A DNA stretch of 63,874 nt, the filler included, from Atractiella rhizophila (Eukaryota), in the NCBI GenBank assembly GCA_021432655.1. It is 8 parts of 6 records of this genome, joined end to end, with 100 filler letters (N's around TTAATTAATTAA, not from the genome) between each part and the next. Parts side by side here need not be neighbours in the genome. Positions count along the whole stretch, not along the records: positions 1 to 12,044 come from MU271531.1; positions 12,145 to 18,866 come from MU271532.1; positions 18,967 to 50,641 come from MU271540.1; 5 more parts are not named here. One strand, given 5' to 3'. Made by a program: the position numbers and the translations under genes. Positions 11,995 to 28,841 of the stretch are shown here, in pieces (the stretch's first letter is position 1; every line of letters starts with the position of its first letter). The notes beneath the pieces were generated by a model. It made no database searches. It was not told where the DNA came from and saw only the letters and a program-made list of their open reading frames with translations.

Positions 11995-12910
11995 TGTCTA
12001 CTGATCATCCTAGCAAGATCTTTAAGGTCTCCGAGAACATCAAGNNNNNNNNNNNNNNNNNNNNNNNNNNNNNNNNNNNNNNNNNNNNTTAATTAATTAA
12101 NNNNNNNNNNNNNNNNNNNNNNNNNNNNNNNNNNNNNNNNNNNNAAATACCCCGCTCTCAATCGCTCCAAACGAGAAACGATCCTTCGATCCGTACGAGC
12201 CTTACATTAACTCTCACTCCTTCCTAACAGTAGTGTTTCAGTTGTTACATAAAGCTGGAGCAAAGGTGCAAGAAGCCGAAGTCATCCTGCCGAAATCGCT
12301 TGCTCGCCTCAAGCCTCACATGATCCAGAGAACTCTGAGCGAGAATCAGGTGACGACTTTACCCGACGGGCACCTCATACCTCCTCTTCATCTCCGTAGA
12401 CAAGGCCACCATGGGGAAGCCACGACGCATAGTCTTCCTGGTTCGCCGCCGAAGGAGAAAGCGAGGTTGTTGTCAGAATCCATCACTTTCCAGGATATCA
12501 AGTCTTGGGCATCGAAGCCAATCAATGGACGAATGATAAACGAGATAGTTAGGACAGCCAAATTGCTCGCGACTGCTGAAGGACAAACCTTGCGATCGTC
12601 TCATGTCGAAACGGTCCTCAATCTCAGTGAGCCTTCTCTTTCAACTTGCGAACGAATAGACGTTGATGTGAACCCAGCTCTTGGATTCCATGACGATTAT
12701 AGTGCGGTTGACGAAGAAGGGTTTGTCTCAGTCTACTTCGTTGACAGATTCTTTACTAAATCTGATTTTCAGGTCATACATTGATGAACGAAACGAAAGA
12801 TGGAACTCGAAGGTGAGTTTCCTTAGCCGCTCTCATTTCCGGACTAGAGACAAATAATTGATTCTTTTGGTAATCCAGTTGCCGCTATACAGTTGAACGG
12901 GTTGACCTGA
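11995..12910 (+). CDS. AAA+ ATPase, fungal type; central part lost in gap 12045-12144
   Basis: After the gap: KYPALNRSKRETIL ... INGRMINEIVRTAKLLATAEGQTLRSSHVETVL, an AAA lid motif. Candidate start MSTDHPSK at 11995 may belong to a different gene because the true gap size is unknown. Confidence 0.6.
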
Positions 12911-13830
12911 GAATCATTTTTCACTTTTTTTGGCTTTACTCCTTTACCGTATCGTCTTATCTTAGACTGGACTACAAACCTAGCTCTTGAGAGCTGCTTC
13001 TCCCTTTAGTCGTTTATATCCTGCTCTAATTCAAGTGGTTTCATCGTCGGTTTCCGTGCTACTAGTCTGTTGCTTCATTCCACTAATTAGCTGCCCATAC
13101 GTGACCTTTATCTTACATTATACGTACTACTTCGTGTCCATAAGCACATTTTGTACATAGACATCGTCTCGCATTTGCACTGGGAACTATATCTACATCA
13201 TCTTCATATTCCCATATCGCAGTTGCATAAGTTAAGGCTCAAGAGAGAAGTCACCTCTCCTGCTGTCACTTAAGCCTTGAGCACTGCTTTCTACCTTGCT
13301 CTACAGCACCTCTCACCCATGTTACACCGTACGTTAGTAGTGATGGAGGAAGGACAATGTAGAATGGGATGATCCTAATTTTCCGAGGGACACCATACAT
13401 GATTGAGACTGGAACCTGAACAACTGAGCGGATGCTACGATGTTGTAATGTCAAAGGCATGTTTAATCAACAAAAGGAGCTGTTGCTGTTAGCTCCCAAC
13501 CAAACGCACGCACCTCTCTGGGGTAGCCTGAGGATCCGAGGATTGTTAAGTAATTATGGCTTTGCACGTTACGGTGCAAAGTAGGATTTCTAAAGGTAAG
13601 AGAAAGCTAGATCCGTTTGTTCGAGGTCATGAAGCAGGTTTATCGCTCATAGTGATAAAGAGGTCGACGTATGGATATGGTCACACATGGGCCCCAGGTT
13701 GAGGAATGTCTGAATTAAGCAACGGACGGCCAGGAGCTCAAGATGCAGTGTATGATAAAAAGCTTCAATTTCAGCCTCTCGAGCTCGATGAGGTCGAGGA
13801 GTCTCACAATGACTGTAAAGAAAGAGTGAC

Positions 13831-14951
13831 TTAGTTGCGGAAGTCGATCCCCTTCACGCTCCTTTCGCTGCCCCTTGATCTCTCTGGGTAGTGAATGCCA
13901 GTCGTGTTCACGCAGTTTGTTTTAAAGGTGGTCTCGACTGGTTTGAAGTTGCCAAATTGTTCGGTGCCATAAACGTGCATGTAGTACCACACCTCGCTNN
14001 NNNNNNNNNNNNNNNNNNNNNNNNNNNNNNNNNNNNNNNNNNNNNNNNNNNNNNNNNNNNNNNNNNNNNNNNNNNNNNNNNNNNNNNNNNNNNNNNNNNN
14101 NNNNNNNNNNNNNNNNNNNNNNNNNNNNNNNNNNNNNNNNNNNNNNNNNNNNNNNNNNNNNNNNNNNNNNNNNNNNNNNNNCGAGAACTCATGTGCCCAA
14201 AATGCGTCGTTAGGAGCTCCTTGGTTCACCCAGAAGGCGTTCACTACATCATTTCTCAGACGGTGCGAAGGATATTGAGAGATGACATGCTGTATTCGAG
14301 TAATCCGGGTCTGTTAAACCTAGACACCATTGAGGTGATGCTCTCTCCCGTCCATGGTTTTACGACAACCACCTCTCCGTTCCTTGTGAAGTTCCTACAA
14401 TCAATAAACCGTATTAGCAAAACCCAAAATAGGAGAAGCAGTAAGAAAGACATACGCAGGGTCCGGCTTCGGGTCATATTGCCTGTCCAAATCGCAGTAC
14501 TGGTCGAAGGAACCTGTTTCAGCGTTCAATTTCTGGGATCAAGGGAATCTACTAGCACGCACCATCACAATTGTCCGGCCCTTTTATAATTATCAGTATG
14601 AAGTCCTGCCAATGGAAGGAAGAGCGCACATAAACCGTGAATCGTCCATGAACCCTCAGGCAAAAGCTGCCCCTTCTTCTCAAGGCCGGTATATGTGCTC
14701 CAGAACTACCCGAAATTTCAGCAAGAGGGTTAATGGTAAAGGATCTTACCGCCTACCTGGGTCTGTAAAACAAGTCCGCCTGGAGTAGGCGAGCAGCAAG
14801 TGTTCGTAATGGCAGTGGTATTCTCACAAGAGTAGAAAGAGTCGATCGCTGCGCAGGCGGTGATATTAGGGAAGGTAGAAATCTTCTGCCCATAACCAGG
14901 AAGGAGGGTGGCTGAAGCCGCGAGCGGGAGGACAGCGAGAAAGAGGGACAT
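13831..14951 (-). CDS. Secreted ribonuclease T2 (internal gap)
   Basis: Signal peptide MSLFLAVLPLAASA, NTCCSPTPGGLVLQTQ, CAS I GSWTIHGL/WPDNCDG and CAS II DAFWAHEFS running into the gap. Confidence 0.92.
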
Positions 14952-15317
14952 GATGGCAACTGGGTGGAAAAGTTGAATGAGGCACCAATGCGAAAAAAGT
15001 CTTTGGGCTTTATAGAATCGCGGGTGAGCTCTTAGCACGTTCGATAAGCTGCCACGCGTCGACGGAATTAGCGTCCAGACAGTCAGGGATTGCAAACTTA
15101 TGTGCGGCCGTTTCAAGCGCGATGAGCAGCTTCTTGATTCACTCAATGAAGTTCGGTCAGGGTCAGGCATTGCCACGAAATGGTTCTTCATTCCACAGAG
15201 ATCAAGAAACGTGTACAATATTGAGAGAGGAACTGAGTCGTGAGGAAGAGCATTGAGAGGTGATGTATCCAGACGCAAGGAAATATTGAGCAAAACAAAC
15301 ACAGATCAAGGAGAGAA

Positions 15318-16719
15318 TTATTCGCTGTCCTCTTCATCTGCTTGTTCCAACCAATGGATAAAGTTCTTTGCCTGCTTCTTGACCTTCGCACTCGTCTCCT
15401 TATCGACATACTACATCCCGCAACGCAGTCAGTGAGAGCAGAAGAAAGGCAGAGGAGGAAGAACGGACCTTCTTGGAGACGTGAGTGCCCCAGTGCAGCA
15501 GGACCTCTTCTTCAAGCACGTCCGCTTGGTACAATTTCATCAAGATATTCTGGACCGTCTTGTCCCCGTCCGTCAACCACTCGGGATGCTGGAGGCCAAT
15601 GAAGCGCTCCAATCCTCCCAAAAGGGACTTCTGGTGCTTTTCAGAGGTCGTCATCTGCATCCCACTTCCTCAGCACTTATTCTCCAAGACATTGACAAAG
15701 TGCAAACCTTCTTCAACAATCCAGCATGTTCACCGACCTCTTTTGCAGCATCCTCAGAGAAGAGCACTTGAGCAAGGACCGTCAGTGTCTTGTTCTTCTT
15801 CTCGATGCCCATCTCCTTCGCCTTCTTGAAGATCTCCACATCACCTTCCTTAATGTTGTCTTTCACCCAGTCTCCAAAAATCTTATAGGGGCTGTCTTCC
15901 CCCTCTCCCTCTTCATCGTCTCCATTCATCCCCAAGGAGTTCTTAAACGTGTTCTCCAACTCCTTCACCCTCTCAGACACATCCGCCGACTCGTCCCAAT
16001 CTTCGTCCAAGCCTTTGCCATGCTCCTTCTGGATCTCCGCCAGCGTCGGGATATTGACTTCTTTCCCAGCAATCGTCTCCTTCTGCTCATCACCATCTCC
16101 GGCTTGCACTTCCTCTTCTTCAGGCGGAGTCTTATCGCCCGCAGCTCCACCAATCCCATCCGCGGCACCAGAGATGTCCTTCTTCTTCTTCCCGCCCTTC
16201 CCCTTCGTTCCACCGCCGGTCGAAGGGGGGTTCTTCAATATAAAAGTAGTCAGTTTGTGCCTCATGTCCACGCTACCTTTGTGGCCGCACGCTTGGCAGT
16301 CTCTGGTGATCATCTCATCTTTGCCAATCACGAGCGTGGTCTCGGGGTTCTTGCAGGAGGGACAGAGCACGAATTTGTCGATGAAAGCATCCAAGAGTTC
16401 GCGGAGACGGTCGGCTTGGTGTGCTCCGTTGACAATGTAGCGGTCGGCGGCAATGTCAAACGTGGTTTGTGCGCCTAACTCGCAACCGAAAAACTTTGTA
16501 GGATCTGCATCCCGCCCATCACCATCAGTACCACTGTCGTTTGAAATTGTCAGAAGACGTACAAGTAGCTGGTCTACTGAGGGAGCGCGCAATGTCGCTC
16601 ATGTTCGGAATGACCGTCTTAATGCCGTTTCCTTTGCCTTCGATCTTGATTTGAAGAACGGGCATCTTGTACCGATAGAATTTATCGGAGACGTCCCTTC
16701 TAATGTTGACGGTCGCCAT
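15318..16719 (-). CDS. TIF5: Eukaryotic translation initiation factor 5
   Basis: [55 protein letters not shown] zinc site, and W2 domain ending [14 protein letters not shown]. Confidence 0.96.
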
Positions 16720-16734
16720 ATTGATTGATGAGTT

Positions 16735-16910
16735 TTACTACGGCCACGGACGAGTCAGTCAGTTGAGAAGAGATGGAATGAGCAGCAAAGACGTACAGAT
16801 GATTGAGGTATGTGAGGTATATGGCCTTTGTGCCGTTCGTGAATGTTCAATAATTTCGACTTCGAAGAGTAGATTGTGGATCGGAGAAATTGCGTGCTCT
16901 GAAAAGGCAT
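16735..16910 (-). promoter_or_regulatory. Spliced upstream ORF (38 aa) in the eIF5 5' leader
   Basis: TTC-ATG-C at 16910 is open for 114 nt to a GTACGT donor (16796). After a 59-nt intron with CTGAC branch site and TAG acceptor (16738), the next exon begins with TAA. Confidence 0.6.
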
Positions 16911-18040
16911 GAAACTGTTCTCTCCTTGCTTCTTGGGTTTGATGGGTTCCGAGGTGAAGGTTCAAAGGTGTTGATCTGTAGCTTTGGTCGTCAGCACGTT
17001 GAAGTATGAGCATAAACATGATAAAGAAGGAAGGCAGCGAATAAACATTAGATGACGTGACACTGAACAGGATTTCGACGAGAAATCAGGGGGAACATTA
17101 TCCTGCCGGTCCAATAATGAAAGGAAAATGTGTTTCCCGAGGTTAAGGCTAGATTGACTGCTCCAAAGAATGTAAAAGGCCGATAGAGAAATCGCTTTAA
17201 GCTTCTCAAAGGTGGAACCCAACCCGAAAACTGTGAAGATGAAAAATAATGGAATGCTGGAGACACACAGTGGGACCAAGTTCCCGGCCAAATCGTTGGG
17301 ACACTAGACATATGAAAAGGGAACCAGGCAGTACAGGGCAATACAATTACAAAGGCTTCAATTTATAGGCGCAAATTCTCCATTCATCGCTGAGACAGAA
17401 GACAAAGAGCAAACAATACCCTGATCAACACTAGAGAAAGCTTCAATCTTTCTGGAGTATTGTAACCATGATAATTGATTATGAATCTAGGGCTGAGATT
17501 TAGCTTTTTCAAAGAAAATATTGCCTTCATGAAGTGCCCAATGAGACCGCTTCATCCGTTTCTGAATTCAGATGCATCCTGCCTCCCGGCCTCCGAAAGA
17601 GGTCAAAGGGACACGTGTGCGGTCAAAAACACGTTTGGCTTACGCCTTTCAAGCGTCCAAACGACATCCTTGAGTTGGGTTCGAAGTGAGAGGCAGGATG
17701 GTAGAGCAGGGTCGGTGCTTAGGTTGTATGGGGACACAACCATCGCCACCTCTTCTATCCGCTCAAATCTCGCCTTCCTTCGACTCCAACAACACACTCC
17801 TCTTCCACACTCAATTTGACGCACAACCGAATAAAAAGGACGCAGATGAAACGAAAAACATGATCCCAACATATTGTGGCATGACCTAGATGGAAAAGGA
17901 CAGACTCACAGTAGCACACGCAGTCGAGTAATCGCTTTTCCCTCCTTTCAGGCGGGGTAGCTCGCTTCTTCTTTCTCTCTCTCTTGCTCTCGCTTTCCGT
18001 GTTCGTTGTTGAAAGGAAGAATTGCCAACCTGCTTTGATG

Positions 18041-18116
18041 ACTCCGTACGAGGGTAGGGTTAGGGTTTTTGCCATTCGACGCCTGCAGTCTCACTTTCGC
18101 TCAGGTACTCCGTACG
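18041..18116. promoter_or_regulatory. Telo-box-like element in the divergent eIF5 / SIKE-like promoter
   Basis: AGGGTAGGGTTAGGGTTTT at 18051-18069, flanked by a direct repeat ACTCCGTACG at 18041 and 18107. Confidence 0.45.
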
Positions 18117-18196
18117 CGCCTGCCCAGTTTCAACACCGTGTCCGCATTCCTGTGACTAGTTGTGCCAGAAGTCGCGAAGAAGAAGAAGAAGGAAGG

Positions 18197-18728
18197 ATGA
18201 CGGTCGTGCTGGACTCTCCCAACCTCGAACGGCTCTGGGCTCTCCTCTCCGAACTCTCAGCCCAGCTGAGCGCGAACAAGGAGCAGTGCGTCGCCTTACA
18301 ACGGCAGGCTGAAGAGTTGAAGGTCTCTTTTCCCTCCTACCCCTGTTCCTGTCCCTTCCGTTACTTATAGCTACGTCTGTATGTAGGCACAAGCCGTGCA
18401 TACCAATACTGGCTTCGCTCTCAAGCGGTTCAACGTCGACATCACCCAGGAACGGTTCGAGAGCGAATTGGAGAGGTCGAACGCTCAGTTGACGGTCGAG
18501 AATCAGCAGTTGCATTATGAGAATAGACAGCTGAATGCTCTGTTGAAGGATTATGAGGGGACTTTGGAGAGCGTCATGGGAAGGTTTAGAGGACTTGCGG
18601 TGCGTTTTTATTCTTCTGTTTGGAAGGACGGAGGACTACTTTGCGGAGGAATGTCTGTACATGATGGAGGAGGAGGTTGCACCTGTTCCCTTCTTCCGCA
18701 TTTCTACGACCTCCTGTTCATTGCATGA
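18197..18728 (+). CDS. Small coiled-coil protein, probably SIKE/FGFR1OP2-like STRIPAK subunit (3' end uncertain, gap follows)
   Basis: LERLWALLSELSAQLSANK...AQAVHTNTGFALKRFNVD...ELERSNAQLTVENQQLHYENRQLNALLKDYEGTLESVMGRFR. Family assignment is from recall, not a search. Confidence 0.6.
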
Positions 18729-18966
18729 CGTTGAAAGCCCATTTCGATTCTTGGGCGAGCACTAGCAAGTTGCAATGTGTTCTTTCCTTCATGGAACAAG
18801 TGTGTCGAGAGTCCCAAGGATTCTTTCGTCGAGTTGGAGAACAAGCATCTAGCAAATCCTTGCTATNNNNNNNNNNNNNNNNNNNNNNNNNNNNNNNNNN
18901 NNNNNNNNNNTTAATTAATTAANNNNNNNNNNNNNNNNNNNNNNNNNNNNNNNNNNNNNNNNNNNN

Positions 18967-21705
18967 GATTGAGGGGTTCGTTATATCGAGGGAGGAATCG
19001 CTCTCCTTCTATCTGTCGAAGCTCTGCACACCATATCTCAACAAAGAATGATAAAGGAAAATGGAGCCACGGACCGCCAAGGAGTGCGAGAAGCAAGCTT
19101 GTTTTCCCGCTGCCAGACAGCCCAACGACCAGGTTCAAGCCTTCTTTGAACTCTACGTCGAGATCCATGAGCTTGAATCTACCATCTTGTTCATAATCGA
19201 AAGAGGCGTTTTTGAACCCAACCGTGCCCTGCATCGTCTTCTCGAGGTCCGAATCGACCTCATTTTCTCTCAAGAAAGCATCAATACGTGGCACGGAAGC
19301 GTATACCATGATCATCTGCATGAGACCTTGGGAGAGCAGGTAGACCGGAGCTTCGAGCATGTTGAAGATAACGAAGGCGGTGAAAGAGACAGGCACCCTA
19401 AAGGACAGGATTACTTTGTAAATGGAAGCATAGGAGGAGAGACGGACGTTAGCTCTTGACCCTGCAATTTCACAAAACCCAGGAAAGAAATGAACAGAAC
19501 TCCAGGCATCGTTAAACCCCTACCACCATAAACTGCATGAGTACAGACGCCCGATAATTTGTAACTGGAAATGTCCAGCATACCAAATCGCACCCATAGT
19601 TCCGTTCCAGATCCTCATGGCAAAGGCGACTCTGAGCTCCTTCTCCCTTACCTACCAATCGAAACATGAAATCGCCGAAATTACGAAGTAGAGAAGAGTG
19701 AATTACAAACCTTCATCACCTCTTTCGCTTGTTCGTCCTCCCATGCAAACCATTTAAGATGCCGGATAGAGTGAATGAGCTCGTTCATTTTTGTCATTCG
19801 CCTAAGCCAACCAATTAATCAGTATATGTACTCCTCTCCTGTGATGACAACAACACACTGATCTTTCACTTTGTTAGATATTTGCACTAACTATTCAATT
19901 TCACTGAGTAAATGCACAAGGCACGAGCCAGGGGGGGGGGAAATACAGACGTTTTGGTACTGGTTCATTACTAACTTGCTTGCTCCGGCAGAGGCGAATG
20001 CAAACGTTGCTCCAATGAGGGCACTATAGCCTAACAAGCTAACCGCGACATGTACAGGCGTATTTTCACTGGAGAATCTGTTGCTTACTTATAAAGGTAG
20101 ACGATGCCTATCACCAGGAATGCTGGTGCCTCGATCCTATTAATTGCGAAGAAAGCAATACCTGCTGCTCTGTCAGAGTCGATGGCCATCAGGTTGATGG
20201 TCTTCCCTGCATCAAACAATGCATCGAACTCTTCATGTCATTAAAGCGAAGGAAGGACCTACCCTGTGACGCCTTTCTCTTCTCGTCCGCTGCACACGAG
20301 AAGTCTTTCCGTTTCAGGGCTTTACGATATATTTCTGGATGACGAATTCAAGAAGATTAGTTGCAGTGTCAGATAGAACGGAAGCTTAACGGACCACCTC
20401 GCATAACACTGTGGCCCTGAACCATCAAGATCCGAATGACTTCCATGAACCTATTGTTGACCACTGCCTTGGCCATCCCACAGCCCAAAGAAAGCGCTGC
20501 GTATCTGAAAGCCAGCACACGTTCGGGTTCCTCTCGCGACAACTCCTCCAATATCTTCTGCATGAAATAAGGAGAAGCGAAGGAAACGAGAGTCGATAGC
20601 AGACGGAGGAAGACGCCGGAGATGATGGTGAAACGGTTAAGCGCCAGGATGCGGTAGATCAATTTTCGATCCACATTTGACGTTGATGGAGCTGTGGACC
20701 AGGCCCCAAACAGAGCGGTGTGTCGTAGCGAACCGGGGAGGGGAGGGATATCCGACGGTGAGAGGGAACCGGCTGCGGAAGCGTAGGAGACGAGCGGCGA
20801 GAACCTGAACTCCGTCGTCGAGCAGTCAATGAGTATACAAACAAACAGCGTTACGAGGAGAGATAGAAGGGCAGACCAAGTGACAAAGAAGTATCCCCAT
20901 ACTGTACGATAGTCTTCCCCTGCACAATGCTTGGGACTAGGTATTTCCTCTCCTCCTGCATGGCCAGAACAGGGAGGAGGAGGAATGAATTCCTGCAGTG
21001 GCAAGGAAGCAAGTAAGACGAGCGAAATGATCAGTCCTGGAAGTCCCTCTTGAACCTCGATGAAGCATTGAACTATCAATCCTAGAAAGAGTGGAAAAGG
21101 GAGTTTCGGCAACGGTAGGGAAGCCAAAATGTAAACGACCTCTAGGAGATATACGGCAATGGCGACTTCATCCTCCCCAAATCTTCCTTCACCCTTACCC
21201 TTCAAACGAACCAAGATCGCATGGGTGTGAATGGTTATGTTGACTAGCAGTGTGAGAAGGAGCAGGAGCACTTTCCATACAGATGCACGGGAAAGAGTGA
21301 ATGTTGGGAAGCCTGGCTGGAGGTGAGGAGGTATTGCTTCGTCAGAGACGAAGGGAGAGAGAAATTTGGGTCGTGGAAGGTGGGCACTAAGGGTGCTAAT
21401 CGCTAGGACTACCAAGGGGAGCGAGAATACCTGTTATTGGTGTTAGTGAAGTCTCAGAAGGGAAAGGAAACGTACAGGTATTGAATCCCCGAAAGCGGGA
21501 ACTGTCATGACAGGCGGAGTCAAAGAAGCAGTGTGGTAGATGGGGACGCAGAGGTCCAGCTTGACATATGACGGAGCAAAAGAATAATACCTGAGAAACC
21601 ATCCCTTTTATACTCACACTGACACGGTGCTCGTGCGGCTCCTAAGTACAATGCTGGACAGGAGGAAGTCGAAGCTACACTTTGATTCGGAAGTACCAAT
21701 TCCAT
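18967..21705 (-). CDS. ABCC/MRP-type ABC transporter, copy A (start approximate; truncated by the gap within NBD1)
   Basis: TM helices, EIYRKALKRKD, GKTINLMAIDSDRA, MNELIHSIRHLKWFAWE and Walker A GLSGSGKTS. Colinear paralog of copy B. Confidence 0.85.
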
Positions 21706-21885
21706 TCATCCAACTCAAATGGAATCCACTTGTCACACCGTCCCTCATGATGGAAGTCAGAAGGTCTCGAATCTTCATGAGACTTCATTACACATGCTTG
21801 ACACGATAGTACTAGTAAAGGGTAAAGGGGTGGAGGTCCTGAAGACAATGTGATAGTGGTGCAAGTCTGGGTATAGAAGCAATCA

Positions 21886-22029
21886 AGGAAGGCAGTCTAG
21901 ATCAAACTATAACAATGAGAAAGACCTAGCTTGTCCAAACGAAAGTCCCTGTAGTAGGTAGGCTAATGAAATAAACAGGAAGGCAGTCTAGATCAAACTT
22001 TAAAACAATGAGAGTGACCTAGCTTGTCC
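21886..22029. repeat. Imperfect direct repeat, two ~52-bp copies 91 bp apart
   Basis: AGGAAGGCAGTCTAGATCAAACT...AACAATGAGA..GACCTAGCTTGTCC at 21886-21936 and 21977-22029. Confidence 0.9.
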
Positions 22030-22055
22030 GAGTAGTTGCAAACTTAAGAATCAGG

Positions 22056-28133
<6,078 letters not shown>

Positions 28134-28841
28134 GTTATTATACGACGGCCAAGTGACTCGAGGCATATGTAGAGAGTGTCGGTTCCTCCGTCTCCACCGG
28201 TTCTTGCGAACGGAGGTGCACACGCAGGACATGGTAGCATCTGCGGACCCGACGCGTGAACCGACGTTCCCACTCAAGCATTATATTTATCATCTACCGG
28301 GTTGCTAGCGCGATGTTATTCAGGTATCGTCTTATGCCAAGCAAGCCCTTTCAAATTCTCTCATAGCGATAGGAGTACAGAGGAGGGTTGGCGCTAGCCA
28401 GGAACTTGTGCGGGAAGCGGAGCATGCCGACCAGCTGAGAAGCTGCAGAAACGGAGATAGAAAATGAAGGACGAGCAAGGATCACAAACAGACTGAGAGG
28501 ACACAGTCCTTCTGGAAAATGCGCAGGGCTGATTTGGTTGCTGTACTGCAGAATTATAGCTCCTTTGAAATATAGCAGTTGCGACCGTGGATTGAGCCAG
28601 AAGCGTTTTGCTATCATTGCTAAGCGGTTGTGCACATAAGGTTGCGACAGTCTGGAAACAGATGCCTTAACCCAGAAAGTGTGTTCGTACGTTGGATAGC
28701 TTAGCATTGTCAGGTTACAGACTCGGATGCACTCGACCCATCCAGTCACCTCACGGATGGTAGAATAAAAATTGTCCAGGTTAGTCACCTAACGTTCATT
28801 AATCGTGTTACAGCTGACGAGAGTACTCTAGACCTGTACCC

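Noticed and set aside
12089..12100. TTAATTAATTAA palindrome recurring seven times (12089, 18911, 50686, 56538, 58345, 61054, 62815)
   Set aside because: Always centred in a 100-bp block of 44 N + 12 + 44 N, with stops in all six frames. It is a scaffolding linker for unsized gaps, not biology.
15726..16478. Long antisense ORFs over eIF5, OCT1 and the Swr1-like gene
   Set aside because: Shadow frames expected from codon bias of the real genes. They contain no motifs.
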